DNA of 13,005 nucleotides, from NCBI GenBank assembly GCA_029858565.1, contig JAOUEV010000078.1:1-13005 (forward strand), given 5' to 3'. Below are positions 12,308 through 13,005 of the stretch, in pieces; within the stretch, counting starts at the first letter, position 1, and each line of letters opens with the position of its first letter. The stretch comes from Nitrospirota bacterium (GTDB lineage: Bacteria > Nitrospirota > UBA9217). The translations under genes and the position numbers were made by a program. The notes under the pieces are model-generated. The model searched no databases, had not been told where the DNA came from, and saw nothing but the letters and a program-made list of their open reading frames with translations.

Positions 12308-12795
12308 TGTTCAGTATCGTCACTGCGAACACGGAACAAACCGAGGAGCTGGGCAAGATCATCGGGACCCTGCTTGAACCGGGTGACCTGCTCTGCCTCT
12401 TTGGGGACCTCGGAGCCGGTAAAACACATCTTTCCTATGGTATCGCGCAGGGGCTCGAGGTCCGGGAGCAGTATATCACCAGTCCAACGTTCACCTTTGT
12501 GAATGAGTACGAAGGCAGGATACCGTTCTATCACATCGATCTGTATCGGCTGAAGGATCCGTCGGAACTGGAAGGCATCGGTTTTGAGGAATATGTGGAA
12601 TCCGACGGCGCGACGGTGATAGAATGGGCCGAACGGGCCGAGGAAGAGCTGCCTTCGGCATTCCTGAGCATTTATCTATCCCATCTTTCCGAGAACAGCA
12701 GGGAAGTAGGTTTCCTGGCGGAAGGTGAACGATACGAGAAACTGCTTGAAAATCTTCGTGACCGGATAAAAGGTATCTACATCGAAGCGATATGA
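12304..12795 (+). CDS. tsaE: tRNA threonylcarbamoyladenosine biosynthesis ATPase TsaE (YjeE)
   Basis: Walker A GDLGAGKT, plus ITSPTF, YHIDLYRL and VIEWA. ATGA overlap with the upstream gene (alternative start 12307). Confidence 0.96.
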   Translation: MMFSIVTANTEQTEELGKIIGTLLEPGDLLCLFGDLGAGKTHLSYGIAQGLEVREQYITSPTFTFVNEYEGRIPFYHIDLYRLKDPSELEGIGFEEYVESDGATVIEWAERAEEELPSAFLSIYLSHLSENSREVGFLAEGERYEKLLENLRDRIKGIYIEAI

Positions 12796-13005
12796 AAAAG
12801 ATCGGCATCATAGCCAAAGACATTGCCAAGGCACGCGCCGCCCTGGTCAGGCTGAACCGCTGGCTTGCATCGAGAGGGAAAGAGGTCCTTATCGACGAGC
12901 GATCAGCCGGGGTGGTGGGGCTGCCGGGGATGCCGGAACGCGACCTCGCCGGTCTCGCGGACATGATCATCGTATTGGGCGGCGACGGAACGCTTCTTTC
13001 CGCGG
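12792..13005 (+). CDS. nadK: NAD(+) kinase, 5' part; runs off the window edge
   Basis: Not in the ORF track. ATG 12792 overlaps the tsaE stop (ATGA). MKKIGIIAKDIAKARAALVRLNRWLASRGKEVLID...ADMIIVLGGDGTLLSA contains the GGDGT motif. Confidence 0.9.
   Translation, partial: MKKIGIIAKDIAKARAALVRLNRWLASRGKEVLIDERSAGVVGLPGMPERDLAGLADMIIVLGGDGTLLSA

Noticed and set aside
1-13005. CRISPR arrays, IS/transposases, integrases, prophage genes, tRNA/rRNA
   Set aside because: No regularly spaced repeats, terminal inverted repeats with a transposase, or RNA-gene signatures were seen. All intergenic gaps are under 200 nt.

Overview
Bacterial chromosomal window of roughly 55-60% GC (estimated by eye). The gene order pdxJ-acpS-nnr-CBS-tsaE resembles Desulfobacterota/Nitrospirota, which is an inference only. 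The left arm, on the minus strand, carries argD, argF, a peptidase C26/PuuD-like gamma-glutamyl hydrolase and the 5' part of a family-5 ABC substrate-binding lipoprotein. Divergently follow an atypical folD lacking the cyclohydrolase Lys/Gln pair and an 856-aa orphan protein with the architecture CheW-CheW-CheW / disordered linker / E-R-A-rich helical rod / one TM helix / C-terminal LysM, apparently expressed from a leaderless mRNA. It converges on a secreted FlgT-N-domain protein. The right arm is a housekeeping cluster: pdxJ, acpS, nnr (split by a 1-nt frameshift), a CBS-pair protein, tsaE and partial nadK. The best candidate for an undescribed system is the triple-CheW-TM-LysM protein, a possible single-chain peptidoglycan anchor for chemosensory arrays. 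No mobile elements, CRISPR arrays, tRNA or rRNA genes were recognised.
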